Shown: positions 1 through 14,102 of the stretch, in pieces
Layout: each line of letters opens with the position of its first letter
Numbering within the stretch: position 1 is the first letter of the stretch
Source of the DNA: Octopus vulgaris
Taxonomy: Eukaryota
Direction: 5' to 3'
DNA: 64,000 bases
Assembly: GCA_951406725.2 (NCBI GenBank)
Contig: OX597837.1
Coordinates: forward strand, 39,246,001-39,310,000
The notes under the pieces: model-generated
The model's input: only the letters and a program-made list of their open reading frames with translations
What the model was told of the DNA's origin: nothing
The model's database searches: none
Position numbers and translations under genes: made by a program

Positions 1-74
1 AAGTAGAAATATGGTAACAAAAGTGTTAAAGTGATCTAAATGAAACCCTTCTATGAAAATTTCATGTTAGTTTA

Positions 75-380
75 TAATAATAATAATAATAATAATAATT
101 GTGTACAGTGCTCAGGTGCACTACAACTCATCTAAAGTGTATATATAATCAGGTGTAGTTTCGGCGGATTTCGGAAAGCATGAGGGCCTTAAAGGATGCA
201 GTGTCATGGCAGTCAACAACTGACGCAGGCAGTTTATTCCATGCTTCAGCAACTCTGAGCGTGAAAAAATGTTTCCGAAAGTCGTGGGAGCTGTGTTGTT
301 TTCTGACTTTGTAGGCATGTCCACGTGTGTTAGACACATGGAGATCAAAAAGGTGTTCAAAAAGGTGTTATGTTGCAGGC
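75..380 (-). mobile_element. CR1-group LINE 3' end (ORF2 C-terminus, 3'UTR, (ATT)n tail)
   Basis: TRGHAYKV...FFTLRVAEAWNKLPASVV...SFK is typical of CR1/L2 ORF2 ends; microsatellite tail at 75-99. Confidence 0.8.
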
Positions 381-421
381 ATCATCCTAATAACCAAATT
401 ATTTTACTAAATTCTTTATTT

Positions 422-1639
422 TTAACCCTTTCATTACTGTATTTATTTTGAGATGCTCTGTGTTTCTTTCAGTTATTTTAAATATAACAAAGAATTTAGT
501 AAAATAACTTAGTTATCATTCAACTAGTGTTAGGAACATAAATTGTGACTAAGGTTTGGTGGAAGATTTTAATTTAAAACTTATGAAAACAAGATATTTA
601 TACTAAAGAGCCAGAGCCGGTTTCAGCCGGGTTGGTAACGAAAGGGTTAAGAGAAGGTATTTAAGGAAGAAAGAATGATTTTATTGCTGCTGAGGTCATC
701 TTCATCTTTCATATCTTCAACATCAATACTAATGGGACCTGTGGAAATTCCACAGAGTGAAAAAGATTAACCCTTTTGTTACCATATTTCTGTTGAGATG
801 CTCTGGGTCTCTTTCAATTAATTTTAAATATAACAAAGAATTTAGTAAAATAACTTAGTTATTATTAAGCTAGTGTTAGGAACATAAATTGTGACTAAGG
901 TTTGGTGGAAGATTTTAATTCAAAACTTATGAAAACAAGACATTTGTACTCAGAGCCAGTTTCAGCCGGGTTGGTAATGAAAGGGTTAAAATAAATTGAA
1001 AGAAAGAATGATTTTCTTGCTGCTAAGGTCATCTTCAACATCAATACTAATGGGACCTGTGGAAATTCCACAAAGCAAAAAAAGATTAACCCTTTTGTTA
1101 CCATATTTCTGTTGAGATGCTCTGGGTCTCTTTCAATTAATTTTACATATAAAAAAGATTTTAGTAAAATAACTTAGTTATCATTAAGCTAGTGTTAGGA
1201 ACATAAATTGTGACTAAGGTTTGGTGGAAGATTTTAATTCAAAACTTATGAAAACAAGACATTTGTACTCAGAGCCAGAACTGGTTTCAGCCAGGTTGGT
1301 AACGAAAGGGTTAAGAGAAGCTATTTAAGAAAGGAAGAATGATTTTCTTGCTGCTAAGGTCATCTTCAACATCAATACTAATGGGACCTGTGGAAATTCC
1401 ACAAAGCAAAAAAAGATTAACCCTTTTGTTACCATATTTCTGTTGAGATGCTCTGGGTCTCTTTCAATTAATTTTACATATAAAAAAGATTTTAGTAAAA
1501 TAACTTAGTTATCATTAAGCTAGTGTTAGGAACATAAATTGTGACTAAGGTTTGGTGGAAGATTTTAATTCAAAACTTATGAAAACAAGACATTTGTACT
1601 CAGAGCCAGTTTCAGCCGGGTTGGTAATGAAAGGGTTAA
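422..1639. mobile_element. Four tandem piggyBac-like MITEs (TTAA-CCCTTT...AAAGGG-TTAA)
   Basis: Copies 422-650, 767-989, 1086-1314, 1417-1639 with duplicated spacers; degraded relatives at 1-70, 2810-3240, 8130-9440. Confidence 0.75.
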
Positions 1640-1765
1640 AATAAATTGAAAGAAAGATAGTGTATTTTAAGAGAAATAGTTTTAAAAAGGTTTTTTAAAA
1701 AAATCTAACGCCTGTGGTAATGCGGCAATTGTGCTGGTTTGTTTCAGTAGGTTCTGTTAAACCTT

Positions 1766-2255
1766 AAAGGCGAGCTGGCAGAATCGTTAGCACGCCGGAC
1801 GAAAAGCTTAGCGGTATTTCGTCTGCCACTACGTTCTGAGTTCAAATTCTGCCGAGGTCGACTTTGCCTTTCATCCTTTCGGGGTCGATTAAATAAGTAC
1901 CAGTTATGCACTGGGGTCGATATAATCAACTTAATCCGTTTGTCTCTCCTTGTTTGTCCTCTCTGTGTTTAGCCCCTTGTGGGTAGTAAAGAAATAAGTA
2001 TTTTTATTATTATTATGGCGTAATAAAGCGGCGAGCTGGCAGAATCGTTAGCACGCAGGGCGAAACGCTTTGCGGTATTTCGTCTGCCACTACGTTCTGA
2101 GTTCAAATTCTGCCGAGGTCGACTTTGCCTTTCATCCTTTCGGGGTCGATTAAATAAGTACCAGTTATGCACTGGGGTCGATATAATCAACTTAATCCGT
2201 TTGTCTCTCTTTGTTTGTCCTCTCTGTGTTTAGCCCCTTGTAGGTAGTAAAGAAA
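1766..2255 (+). mobile_element. SINE family B, tandem dimer within one 18-bp TSD
   Basis: Two copies with gcctttcatcctttcggggtcgat body (resembles a conserved SINE central domain; assignment tentative); taggttctgttaaacctt at 1748-1765 and 2256-2273. Many other copies (15.9-16.3 kb, 44.6-45.2 kb, 52.9-54.0 kb, 59.7 kb, 61.9 kb). Confidence 0.8.
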
Positions 2256-3412
2256 TAGGTTCTGTTAAACCTTGTGGTGTGTGATCAGTTGTGATAAAAA
2301 ATGGTTTCAATCCACAAATGGTTTCAATATTCTTTTACCAGAAAGATTTGGAAGAATTAGATGAAAGTTCTCCTGTAATTTTCTTTCATGTACATTTTAA
2401 AATTTGCCAGCAAAATCTTATAAAATGACAATGTTTTAAAAGATGTACATATTTGTTATCGAAATCGATTAACATCAATGGAAATTGCAGCTGTGATACC
2501 AGTGCCGGTGGTATGTAAGAGAACCATCTGAACATGGCCGTTGCCAGTGCCGCCCTGACTGGCCTCGTGCCGGTGGCATGTAAAAAGCACCATCCGATCG
2601 TGGCCGTTTGCCAGCCTCGTCTGGCACCTGTGCCAGTGGCACGTAAAAAGCACCCACTACACTCACGGAGTGGTTGGCGTTAGGAAGGACATCCAGCCGT
2701 AGAAACATTGCCAGATCAGACTGGTGCAGCCTTCTGGCTTCCCAAACCCCAGTTGAACCGTCCAACCCATGCTAGCATGGAAAGCAGACGCTAAACGATG
2801 ATGATGATGATTTAAACCTTCCATCAAAATTTTATGCAAATTTATCTTCCAAATGTCAGATTAATAATTCTTTGTTAATTTCAAAATTAATTGCAACATA
2901 GACAATATATTTCAACAGAACTATGCCAACAAAAGGCGTTAAAATGGTAGTGTGTTTAATTTGAAGGCCATTATTTATTAAAATGACTCAGCTGATCAGA
3001 GAGATGACCGAGACGATAAGGATGTATAATGGGAAATATATAAACTTCCTGTCTGAATGTGTTCTGAATTAAAACCTACCAACAAAATTCCAGGTTAATT
3101 CATGCTCCAAACGTCATCTTGATAATGAGTTATTTTACTAAATTCTTTGTTTTCTAGCTTAATTGAATCAAAGGCAGCGTATTTCAGCAAAATATGGTAA
3201 CTATAGGGTTAAAGTGATCTAAATTAAAACTTTTCATTAAAGTTTGTTTCCGGGCTCAGGAGTGGCTGTGTGGTAAGTAGCTTGCTTACCAACCACACGG
3301 TTCTGGGTTCATCCCCACTGCGTGGCACCTTGGGCAAGTGCCTTCTACTATAGCTTTGGGCCGACCAAAGCCTTCTGAGTTGATTTGGTAGATGGAAACT
3401 GAAAGAAGCCCG

Positions 3413-3450
<38 letters not shown>

Positions 3451-5244
3451 AGTATATGTAAAAAAATACAAACTGGGACAAGAACGCAAAACATTTAGAA
3501 GACAATACAAAAAACACGGACGGGACATTCGAAGCCTTCAATCTTCAGTCAAGAACCGGATCGTGTGTGTGTGTGTGTGTGTATGTATGTTTGTTTGTGT
3601 GTCTGTGTTTGTCCCCCCCTCCAACATCGCTTGACAAACGATGATGGTGTGTTTATGTCCCGGTAACTTGGCACCAAAATTCACTGCCGACTTATTTGAC
3701 ATCAAACCTTTTCCTCCTCTTCCTCCCTCCCTCCCTCTTTGTTTGTGTATGAGCATCTAGTTATGTTTGTGTGTGTGTGTGTGTATGCATAACATACTGT
3801 GGACAGTCGTGTGTATGTATAAGGCATATGTGTGTGAGAAGTCTGTGTGTCTAAGGCATTGTATGTGTTTGTGCATGTGTGTGGAGTTAGTCAAGGTGTT
3901 GTGTAGATGGTTGTGTCTATGTAAGCCACTACGTGAGTGCATGTGTGTGGGAGGGTGCATGTATGTATTTGTGTGTGGGTGTGGGTGAGCGAGAAGAAAT
4001 GTGTCCATGTATGTGTGTGTGTGTGTCTGTAGGATAAAAAAAGCAATGTGTGTGTGTGTGTGGGGGGGACAGGCAGTGTGCGCGTGTGGGAGATTGTGTG
4101 TGTGTGTGTGTGTGGGAGATTGTGTGTGTGTGTGTGGAGGAGGGAATGTGTGTGTGTAGGAGGCAACATGGGTGTGGGTAGGAGCCATCGTGTGTGTGTG
4201 TGTGTGTGTGAGGCAATGTGTGTGTGGGGGAGGAGGCAATGTGTATATGTAGGAAGCAACATGCGTGTGTGTGTGAGAGAGAGTAAGACCCTGTGTGGGA
4301 GTGTGAGAAAAAGGCATATGGGTGGGTGTGTATCCATGAGAAAGAAGACATGTATGTTTGGGTGCAAGAGAGACAGAGAAAAAGACAGACGGGGTATATA
4401 TATATGCGTGTATATATGCGTGTATTTATGTATGTATGTATGCATGTATTTGTATGCGTATTCATGTGTATGTTTGTGTGGATGTGAAAGACACATGGGG
4501 CATACATGTAATTGTGTATGTATGTGTGTGTGTGTATGTGTTTGTACACCTCTTTCACTTTTATACTCTCTTCTACTCTTTTACTTGTTTCAGTCATTTG
4601 ACTGCGGCCATGCTGAAGCACTGCCTTTAATCGAGCAACTCGACCCCGGGACTTATTCTTTTGTAAGCCCAGTGCTTATTCTATCGGTCTCTTTTGCTGA
4701 ACCGCTAAGTTACGGGGACATAAACACACCAGCATCGGTTGTCAAGCAATGCTAGGGGACAAACACAGACACACAAACACACACACGCATATATATACAT
4801 ATACATATATACGACGAGCTTCTTTCAGTTTCCGTCTACCAAATACACTCACAAGGCTTTGGTCGGCCTGGGGCTATAGTAGAAGACACTTGCCCCAAAG
4901 TGCCACGCAGTGGGACTGAACCCGGAACCATGTGGTTGGTAGACAAGCTACTTACCACACAGCCACTCCTGCGCCTATATATAATACACCTTTTTAAAAG
5001 AACAAACAAGGCATTAGCATCACAACACCGTGACATACTCGCAACCATCCACGACCGCCATCGTGACCACCAACGCAACCGTTTCGCCATTTCCCCAACT
5101 CCTTAAGTACCACTCTCCACCCCCACATCCTTTATCCAATCACAATTCATCACCGACACCGACATCACCCCTATAACGGTTGGCTGAAGCGGATATTGTC
5201 TGCCCAGGAAAAAAAAACAAAAAACGATAAAATAAAATAAAGAA

Positions 5245-5280
<36 letters not shown>

Positions 5281-5677
5281 GACAAGGTCACGCTATTGGC
5301 GTCCTTCTCAAGGACACAACACTTCTTTCCATGGTAACCAATGTGCGTGGGATGAATAAATATGGAGCATGTGATTGAGGCCTTTTATTTGTAGTAGTTG
5401 TTGTTGTTGTCGTTGTTGTTGTTGTTAAACATTAATCTTATGAAATATTAAGGAATTGTGTAAATGGACATTGGCATCAAAACCACTTACCCCCCCCACA
5501 CACTCCCCCCCCTCTGTTGCTTCGTTTCTGATACATGTATAGATATATAGATATGCAGCAGGCGCACGTGATGGTATGTGTGTCCATGTATATGCCTGTG
5601 TGTGTATACGCATGGTATGTATGTATGTATAGATATATATAGATTTGTGTATATATATATATATATATATTTGTTTG

Positions 5678-5714
<37 letters not shown>

Positions 5715-6166
5715 ATATACTTATAAATGTGTATATGTATATATACTTTTAAATATATGCATATATATGTATACGGGTATATATATATGTATGTATTATA
5801 TATGTGGGGCGGGGGTGAATGTAGACACACACACACACACACACACAGAATAATGAGTTTTGTTGCCACCCCTCCTCCATGGCCACTCCTTGTGACTTTA
5901 TATCTCCAATACAGAGCTCATTTATTCTGTGACCCATTTATTTGTACTATGTATACATACATAATGAATACAATCATGTATGTATGTATATATATATATA
6001 TATGTGCATATTTTTATATATACCTATGTAAGTATATATCTCTGTATTTTATATGTGTATGTATACATACATATACACACCCACTCATACAAGTACATTT
6101 GTGCAAAATAAATACATGTATACACACACGTCTCTGTGCCTATCTCTCTCTATATATATGTGTATG

Positions 6167-6197
<31 letters not shown>

Positions 6198-6486
6198 ATC
6201 ACGTGACCGACCAGACCATCAGATGTTGTTACACATCGCTGGTCACGATGCGTTTGCATCGTTTTAGCCTTCGAATGACGCCACCCCGCTGGCTAAGCGA
6301 GCAGGCCAACAGAAGAAAGAGTGGGAGAAAGAGTATAGCAGGGATCACCACCATCCGCTGCCGCAGCCTCGTGGGGCTTTTTAGGTGTTTTCGCTCAATA
6401 AACACTCACAACGCCCGGTCTGGGAATCGAAACCGCGATCCTGCGACCGTGAGTCCGCTGCCCTAACCACTAGGCCATTGCGCCTC

Positions 6487-6520
<34 letters not shown>

Positions 6521-7139
6521 GGTATGTTTGCATGTATTAGTGTGTATATATATGTACATGCTTATGTCATCATTTTACTTCTGGGTTTTCAATATTCAAT
6601 TGGTTGTGTGTCTCTTGTCCACTATAGTATCTCAGTACTTGGTCTCTGCTCTTCGTCCCCTCGTTCACACAACTCAATGCCCTGAGATCAGCCCTCAACA
6701 TTTTCCCCCCTGCATTTTCCTCAGTTTTCCAATCTTGCTGTTGCCTCCCTTTGGCACCACATCCATCCCTCTCTCTCTCTCTCTCTCTCTTTCGGAGAGG
6801 CACTGAGCAGCTATACGCACACATACACACACGGCAGTAACTTCCACCTACCGAATTCAATCACAAAGCTTCGGTCGACTCGGGGCTATTGCGGAAGACA
6901 CCTACCCAAAGTGCCACGCAGTGGTCCATATTCTTCAAAATGCAGCTGATTCTTCTTGAAGCCAGTTTTTTCTTTTATTCAACTGCTGTAGTTTTTGGGG
7001 TTCATTCACATGAACATTACACCCCGAGAGGAGAAAATTCCCCTTATTCTTTCCAGCTTTCATATACCCATTGCTTTCAATAGCCATGTCTTGCTAACAT
7101 GTAATGTTGCACTTTACATATGTGCAATATTCAATATTA

Positions 7140-7857
7140 CTGCATGAAGACCTGTTGAGGCAAGTGAAATCAAAATCAAATTGGATGACTGGCATCCGTG
7201 CTAGCGGGGTGCAAAGAGCACCATACGAGTGTGATCGCTGACAGAGCGACTAACCAGCTTCCGTGCCAGTGGCACATAAAAGGCACCATTCAAGTGTGAT
7301 CATTACCAGCGTCGCCTTACTGGCACTTGAGTCCCGTGCTAGTAGGGTGCTAAGAGCACCATCTGAGCATGATCGTTGCAGAGCAGCTAACTGGCTTCCG
7401 TGCCGGTGGCATGTAAAAGGTACCATTCAAGAGTGATCATTACTAGCATCGCCTTACTGTCATTTGAGTCCCGTGCTAGTAGGGTGCTAAGAGCACCATC
7501 CGAGTGGGATCGTTGCCAGAGCAGCTAACTGGCCTCCATGCCGGTGGCATGTAAAAGGCACCATTCAAGTGTGATCGTTACCAGCATCACCTTACTGGCA
7601 CCTGTGCCGGTGGCATGTGTAAAAAGATTCAAGCGAGGTCGTTGCCAGTACCGTCTGATTGGCCCCATGCCGGTGGCACGTAAAAGCACCTACTACACTC
7701 TCGGAGTGGTTGGCATTAGGAAGGGCATCCAGCTGTAGAAACTCTTCCAGATCAAGATTGGAGCCTGGTGCAGCGATCTGGTTCGCCAGACCTTAGTCAA
7801 ATCGTCCAACCCATGCTAGCATGGAAAGCGGACGTTAAACGACGATGATGATGATGA
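7140..7857 (+). mobile_element. RTE-type LINE 3'UTR with internal tandem subrepeats and (GAT)n tail (representative copy)
   Basis: Ends ccatgctagcatggaaagcggacgttaaacgacgatgatg. Other copies at about 2460-2810(+), 9700-10103(-), 12635-12860(-), 19010-19650(-), 27955-28250(+), 37400-37897(+), 38975-39348(+), 45172-45455(-), 54376-54770(-), 58240-58475(+). Adjacent 7860-8040 encodes RTE-like VEGTCGRGR...EVVKHDL. Confidence 0.75.
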
Positions 7858-9655
7858 TCGAAGAAAGCTGTGTAAAGAAGTGCTGATCTCTCTAACTGTG
7901 GAGGGAACCTGTGGAAGAGGAAGACTTAGGACGAGGTGGTGAAGCACGATCTACAGATGTTGAGTCTCACGGAGGTGATGACATGTAATTAAAACCTTTG
8001 GTAATTTTCTGTGCTTGAGAAGACTCGTCAAGCCTAGTGAAATGGTAGTCATGGCCGATGTGGGTGTCATGTAACAGGTATTCGTGCCAGTGGTACGTAA
8101 AAGGCACCCTTCGGAAGTTGGGCCTCTATTTCAACAGAAATAGGGTTACAAAAGGGTTAAAGTGATCTAAATTAAAACTTTCCATCAAAACTTAATTTAT
8201 GTTCGAAATACTAAATTAATAATGATAGTTATCTGACTAAATGCTTCATTAGTTTTTAAATTAATGAAAAGGATGGCAATATATTTCCACAGAAATATGG
8301 TAACAAATGCATTAAAATGGTTGTGTGTGTGCAATTCGAGAGAGAGAGAGAGAGTGTTTATTAAAAGATATCAGCTGATGTCTGTGAGAGAGATAACTAA
8401 GATGATAAGGATGTGTAATGGGAAGGGAAGAGAAATAATGGGTATTAACCCCTTTGACAAGGTTCAGTGGTTAGAGCATCGAGCTTATGATCGTGAGGTT
8501 GTGAGTTCGAATCCCGGACCGGGCTGCGCGTTGTGTTCTTGAGCAAGACACTTTATTTCATGTTGCTCCAGTTAACTCAGCTGTAGAAATGAGTTGCGAC
8601 ATCACAGGTGCCAAGCTGTATCGTGGAGAGGGGAGGCCGGTATGCATGGGCGACTGCTGGTCTTCCATAAACAACCTGGCCTGGACTTGTGCCTGGGAGG
8701 GTAACTTTCTAGGTGCAATCCCATGGTCATTCATGACCGAAGGGGGTCTCAACAACCCCTTTGACACTAACATCTCTGAGTTCTACGACACAATCTTCCT
8801 GTTTTAAAGTAATTCAAATTAAAACTTTTCATTATAATTTTATCTTAATTTATATTCCAAACATCAGTTCAAATATGACAGTTATTTGAGTAAATAGTTC
8901 ATTAATTTCCAAATTAATTGAAAAGAAAAAAAGTAGTGTATTTCAACCGAAATATGGTTACAAAAGGGTTGATGTGATCTAAATTCAAACTTTCTATTAA
9001 AATTTTATCTTAATTTATTTTCCAAACATCAGTTCAAATATGACTAAATTGTTCGTTAATTTCCAAATTAATTAAAAAAAAAAAAGTAGTGTTTTTTCAA
9101 TAGAAATTTGGTAACAAACTGTGGTACCATGTGATTTGAGGGAGATCATTTATTAAAAGGCATCAACTGATGTATATAAGACTGTGATGATAAGGACATG
9201 TATTGGGAAGGGAAGATAAATAATGGGTATTAACCCTTTTGGCTTGGTTCTATGGCACAAGCTTCCTATCTTAAATTGATCCAATCTAAACTTTACATTA
9301 AAATTTTAATCTTAATTTATGTTTACAAAAAGCAGCTTAATAATGGCCAAATTATTTTACTAAATTCTTCATTTTGTTTTCCCCCAAATTCATTGAAACA
9401 AACGCAGTATATTTCAACAGACATATGGTAACAAAAGGGTTTAGGAAATTTGCCACCAATTGCATTTTCTGAGAAAATGTATAGTGTGGAATAACTGGTT
9501 TTCATAGCGATCTTATTGAATATTTTATCAAGTGTAACAGCTGTGTGGGAGTGTTTGCTGATCAAGGAAACGAATAGTCTATTAGACATGGTTGTGTGTC
9601 TAAGAACATTGCTTCACAAACACATGACTTCAGAAAAGTGAACGTTAAAATGATG

Positions 9656-9701
<46 letters not shown>

Positions 9702-10405
9702 CATCATTATCATTTAGCATCCGCTTTCCATGGTAGCATGGGTTGGACGGTTCAACTGGGGTCTGGGAAGCCAGAAGGCTGCATCCGGCCCAGTCTGATC
9801 TGGCAGTGTTTCTACAGCTGGATGCCCTTCCTAACGCCATCCACTCCGTGAGTGTAGTGGGTGCTTTTTATGTGCCACCTGCACAGGTGCCAGACGGGGC
9901 TGGCAAACGGCCACGGACGGATGGTGTTTTTTATGTGCCACCGGCACGGGGGCCAGGTGAGGCTGGCGACGGCCACGATCAGATGGTGCTTCTTACGTGC
10001 CGCCGGCACGGAGGCCAGTCGGGGCGGCACTGGCAACGGCCACGGTCGGATGGTGCTTTTTACGTGCCACCGGCACGAGGGCCAGGTGAGGCTGGCAACG
10101 GCCTATATATATATATATATATATATATTTACTTCATCATTATCAATTAACATCTACTTTTTCATGCTTGTATTTGTTGGATGGAATTAGTTGGGGCAGA
10201 TGTTTTATGGCTGGAGGCCTTTCCTGTCGCCAACCCCCATTGGTTTCCCTTATATTTCCTTTCCCAGAGTAAGGTAAAATTTCCCCATGACAAGACATAT
10301 TTTTACAGATGACACTGAAACTTATTTACAATTATATATATATATTTATACGTTTATATATTTGTTGTGCAAGATTTTTTTATGTGAAGTCGTGTGCTGA
10401 AACAG

Positions 10406-10752
10406 ATATTGTTATATTTCGGAATGGTCATTTTGCCAGTTTAGCCAATAAAAACACACGCACTATATATTTGGTGTTATTTTGCTTCAGTGTTATTTAT
10501 TTTTTACATTAATCTTAATCTTATTTTGGCCAGAGTTCTTTCTTTGTATTACTAAATGGCTGACGGTTAGTAAGGAGAGACACACAAATAAGAAAGAAGA
10601 AAGCAAAGGACCACTGATGCGGTCACAGGAGTGCGACGAAAGAACTCTGGCCGAAATAAAATTAAGATTAATGTAAAAAATAAATAACACTGAAGCAAAA
10701 TAACACCAAATATATAGTGCGTGTGTTTTTGACCATTCCGAAATATAACAAT
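10406..10752. mobile_element. Fold-back (Penelope-like terminal) element with degenerate hammerhead at 10611-10650
   Basis: About 115-135 bp inverted arms (10406-10543 vs 10638-10752); cca-CTGATGC-ggtc...gac-GAAA-gaac-TC-tgg with stem I cca/tgg. Confidence 0.55.
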
Positions 10753-10915
10753 ATATATATATATAAAGCAGTATTAATAAAATAGATGGAAAAAAAGATT
10801 TTATTTAGTATGATACACGTTCCTGCAATCTACCAATCTACGGATAATAACAGGTAGTTGAAACTATGCTGGTTCTTTACTCATCATCCACTTATACATT
10901 TTGTATAATTTCTCC

Positions 10916-10976
<61 letters not shown>

Positions 10977-11392
10977 ACACACACACACACTTGTAAATAT
11001 AATACGTGACAATTATTCGGTAGCCATGATAAAACTTTGAGTTTTATCATGGCTACCAAATAATGGTCACATATTATATTTACAGATAAATTTCCTCTAT
11101 TTACATAATATCGAGGTATCTTTCAATCTTTTGTTGTCTTATCGTTTCTACCAATATGTGTGTGTGTGAAGGTGCATGGCTCAGTGGTTTGAACATTGGA
11201 CTCACAATCATGAGGTAGTGAGTTTGATTCCCAAAACGACCTGTGGGTTGGGTTCTTTATTTCATGTTGCCCCAGCACACTCAGCTGTATGAGTTGTGAT
11301 GTCACTGGTGCCAAGCTGTAATGGCCTTTACCTCTTCCCTTGGTTTCTGCCGGGGATTCTTAACTCGGCAGTGCTAGTCATGTACGGAGTGG

Positions 11393-11640
11393 TAATAAGA
11401 AAAGAGAAGACAAAGGAACAAGCAATTATCTTACGAGCTTCATCAGCTTACAGCTGTTTCCCGTATAAGATGTGGTGGACTCCTACTCAAGTACCTGAGT
11501 TACATACTTAAGGCTCTGATGAAACTATGTTCCCCAGGCACTCAACGATGAATCCTTCACATCCTATAGCAGAAACAGCTGTAAGGTAATGAAGCTCATA
11601 AGATTATCGGTTGTTCTGTTGTCATCACTTTTCTTATAAA
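11393..11640. mobile_element. Fold-back element with degenerate hammerhead (CTGATGA at 11516; GAAACAGCTGTA at 11572)
   Basis: Inverted arms cttacagctgtttc / gaaacagctgtaag; same palindromic stem III as the 36.6 kb motif. Confidence 0.5.
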
Positions 11641-12019
11641 ATATCATGTAGTCACGCGTATACACTCATACTTGTATTATTTCAACCAACTTTGTCTTGC
11701 ATCCACTAAATAAAGCAGGTTTTAGTCAAAGAAATCGATCCCAGGACTTATTCTTTGTAAGCCTAGTAGTACTTATTCTATCAGTCTCTTTTGCTAAACT
11801 GCTAAGTCACAGGGACGTAAACCACATCAACATCAGTTGTGAAGTGATGGTAGATATACACAGACACATAAATATATGTGTGTGTGTGTTGTAAGAAACT
11901 TGCTTCCGAACCACACTGTCCTGGGTTCAGTTCCACTGTGTGGCACATTGGGCAAGTGTCTTCTACTATAGCCTTGGGCTGACCAAAGCCTTGTTAGTGG
12001 ATTTGGTAGACAGAAGCTG

Positions 12020-12060
<41 letters not shown>

Positions 12061-12295
12061 CACACACACACACATATTTGTGTCTGTTTGTCCCCTCACC
12101 AATGCTGGATAACCAATGTTGGTGTGTTTAGGTCTCCGTAATTTAGCAGTTCAGCAAAAGAGACCAATAGAAATAAACACTAGGCTTACAAAGAATAAGT
12201 CCTAGGTTTGATTTGTTTGACTAAAGGCGGTGCTACAGCATGGCCACAGTCAAATGACTGAAACAAGTAAAATAACATACATACATACAAACATA

Positions 12296-12544
12296 CAGTG
12301 GGGTGCAAAAGTAGGTACCCAGTAAGTCTCCCATCAATGTTATAATAATTAATTCATTAAAATCATTAGCACATGAAATTAGTTAGCCTCATTTTTGACA
12401 TCTTCAGTGTCGTTAATCATAATTCATTTATCATAATTACAATAATACTTTTATCGTAACGTTTAATTATTTTGATAACCATATCAATAAATGCGTATTG
12501 TATATACTTTCCTTTTTCATATCTGTATACCCACTTTTGCACCA

Positions 12545-12548
<4 letters not shown>
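12296..12548. mobile_element. Tc1-type MITE
   Basis: TA|CAGTGGGGTGCAAAAGTAGGTA ... TACCCACTTTTGCACCACT imperfect TIRs, AT-rich interior. Confidence 0.55.
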
Positions 12549-12588
<40 letters not shown>

Positions 12589-12976
12589 GGCTTCTTTCAG
12601 TTTCCATCTACCAAATCCACTGACATATCTATCATCATCATCATCATCGTCGTTTAATGTCCACTTTCCATGCTAGCATGGGTTGGACGATTTGACTGAG
12701 GGCTGGTGAACGAGATGGCTGCACCAGGCTCCAATCTTGATCTGGCAGAGTTTCTACAGCTGGATGCCCTTCCTAATGCCAACCACTCCAACCACTGTAG
12801 TGGGTGCTTTTACGTGCCACCGGCACAAGGGCCAGTCAGGCGGTACTGGCAACGGCCACAAATATCTTTATATATATATATATATGTGTGTGTATTTATG
12901 TGTGTGTGTATATGTGTGTGTATGTATGTGTGTGTATATATATGTGTGTATATGTGTGTGTGTGTGTATATATGTG

Positions 12977-13007
<31 letters not shown>

Positions 13008-13078
13008 ATATGTGTGTGTATATACATATGTGTGTGTATGTATATATGTATGTATGTGTGTGTATGTGTGTATATACA

Positions 13079-13131
<53 letters not shown>

Positions 13132-14071
13132 ATATATATATATGTATTTTTATTAATAGTTAGCAGAAGCAGCAGAGTGACTCAAGGGCCTATAGTTTCG
13201 TATGTTAGCACTCACCAACCTAGTTACCGATCGAGGAGGTGTGAATTTGTATACTGCTGATAATAGTATTTCCCGAGATAGTTCTGGAACAAATAAAAAA
13301 AAAAACACAATTTCAATGTCACGTGGATAATTAATATTTGTCAAATAGTTTGCTCATTATCCCATTCAGTAAGTAAACACATAAATAAAATCAAACAGAT
13401 AACGATAATTTGTGTGTATTTATACACACTTATAAGTGAGTGCTGGTGTAAATACAATACACAGGGTGACCCAAAAGTAGGTTTACGGTTATCATGTAGG
13501 TACCTTAAATTTCTTTTAAAGCATTTCATTACATTTAAATTTCTATCTTCCCAAGATGCCACGCGGTGGGACTGAGCCCGGATCCATGTGGTTGGTTAGC
13601 AAGCTACTTACCACACAGCCACTCCTGCGCCTATATATATATTCATGCTAGTCAAGGCATAATTATAGATATAGATACACACACACACAGGCATGCACGC
13701 ATGTAACTAGTTTGAGTGCCTATGCATGAAACTTTTTCAACCCTTGAATCACTCTGTTGCTCCTGCTACTTATAAATAGGTGTGGCTGTGTAGTAAGAAG
13801 CTTGCTTCCCAACCACATGGTTCTGGGTTCAGTCCCAGTATGTGGCACCTCGGGCAAGTATCCTCTACTATAGCCACGGGCCGAGTCGAATCGAATTTAT
13901 CGATTTTTTTCAGAACTGGGGGAACTTTTCAAAATTTTCGCTGCGTTAGTTTTGAATTATGACATTGGGCTATGTGTGTGTCAAGTTTCATCAGAATCGG
14001 TTGAAAGCCGTGGCAATGGATATTAAGAGATTATGACATATGATATACAGAGCAATTGTGGGAAAAGTTTT

Positions 14072-14101
<30 letters not shown>

Positions 14102-14102
<1 letters not shown>

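Noticed and set aside
3757-4755. Long HT/CV/YI-rich ORFs (also 17.8-21.5 kb, 23.7-26.1 kb, 58.7-59.3 kb)
   Set aside because: Translations of (CA)/(TG)/(TA) microsatellites, open in several frames on both strands.
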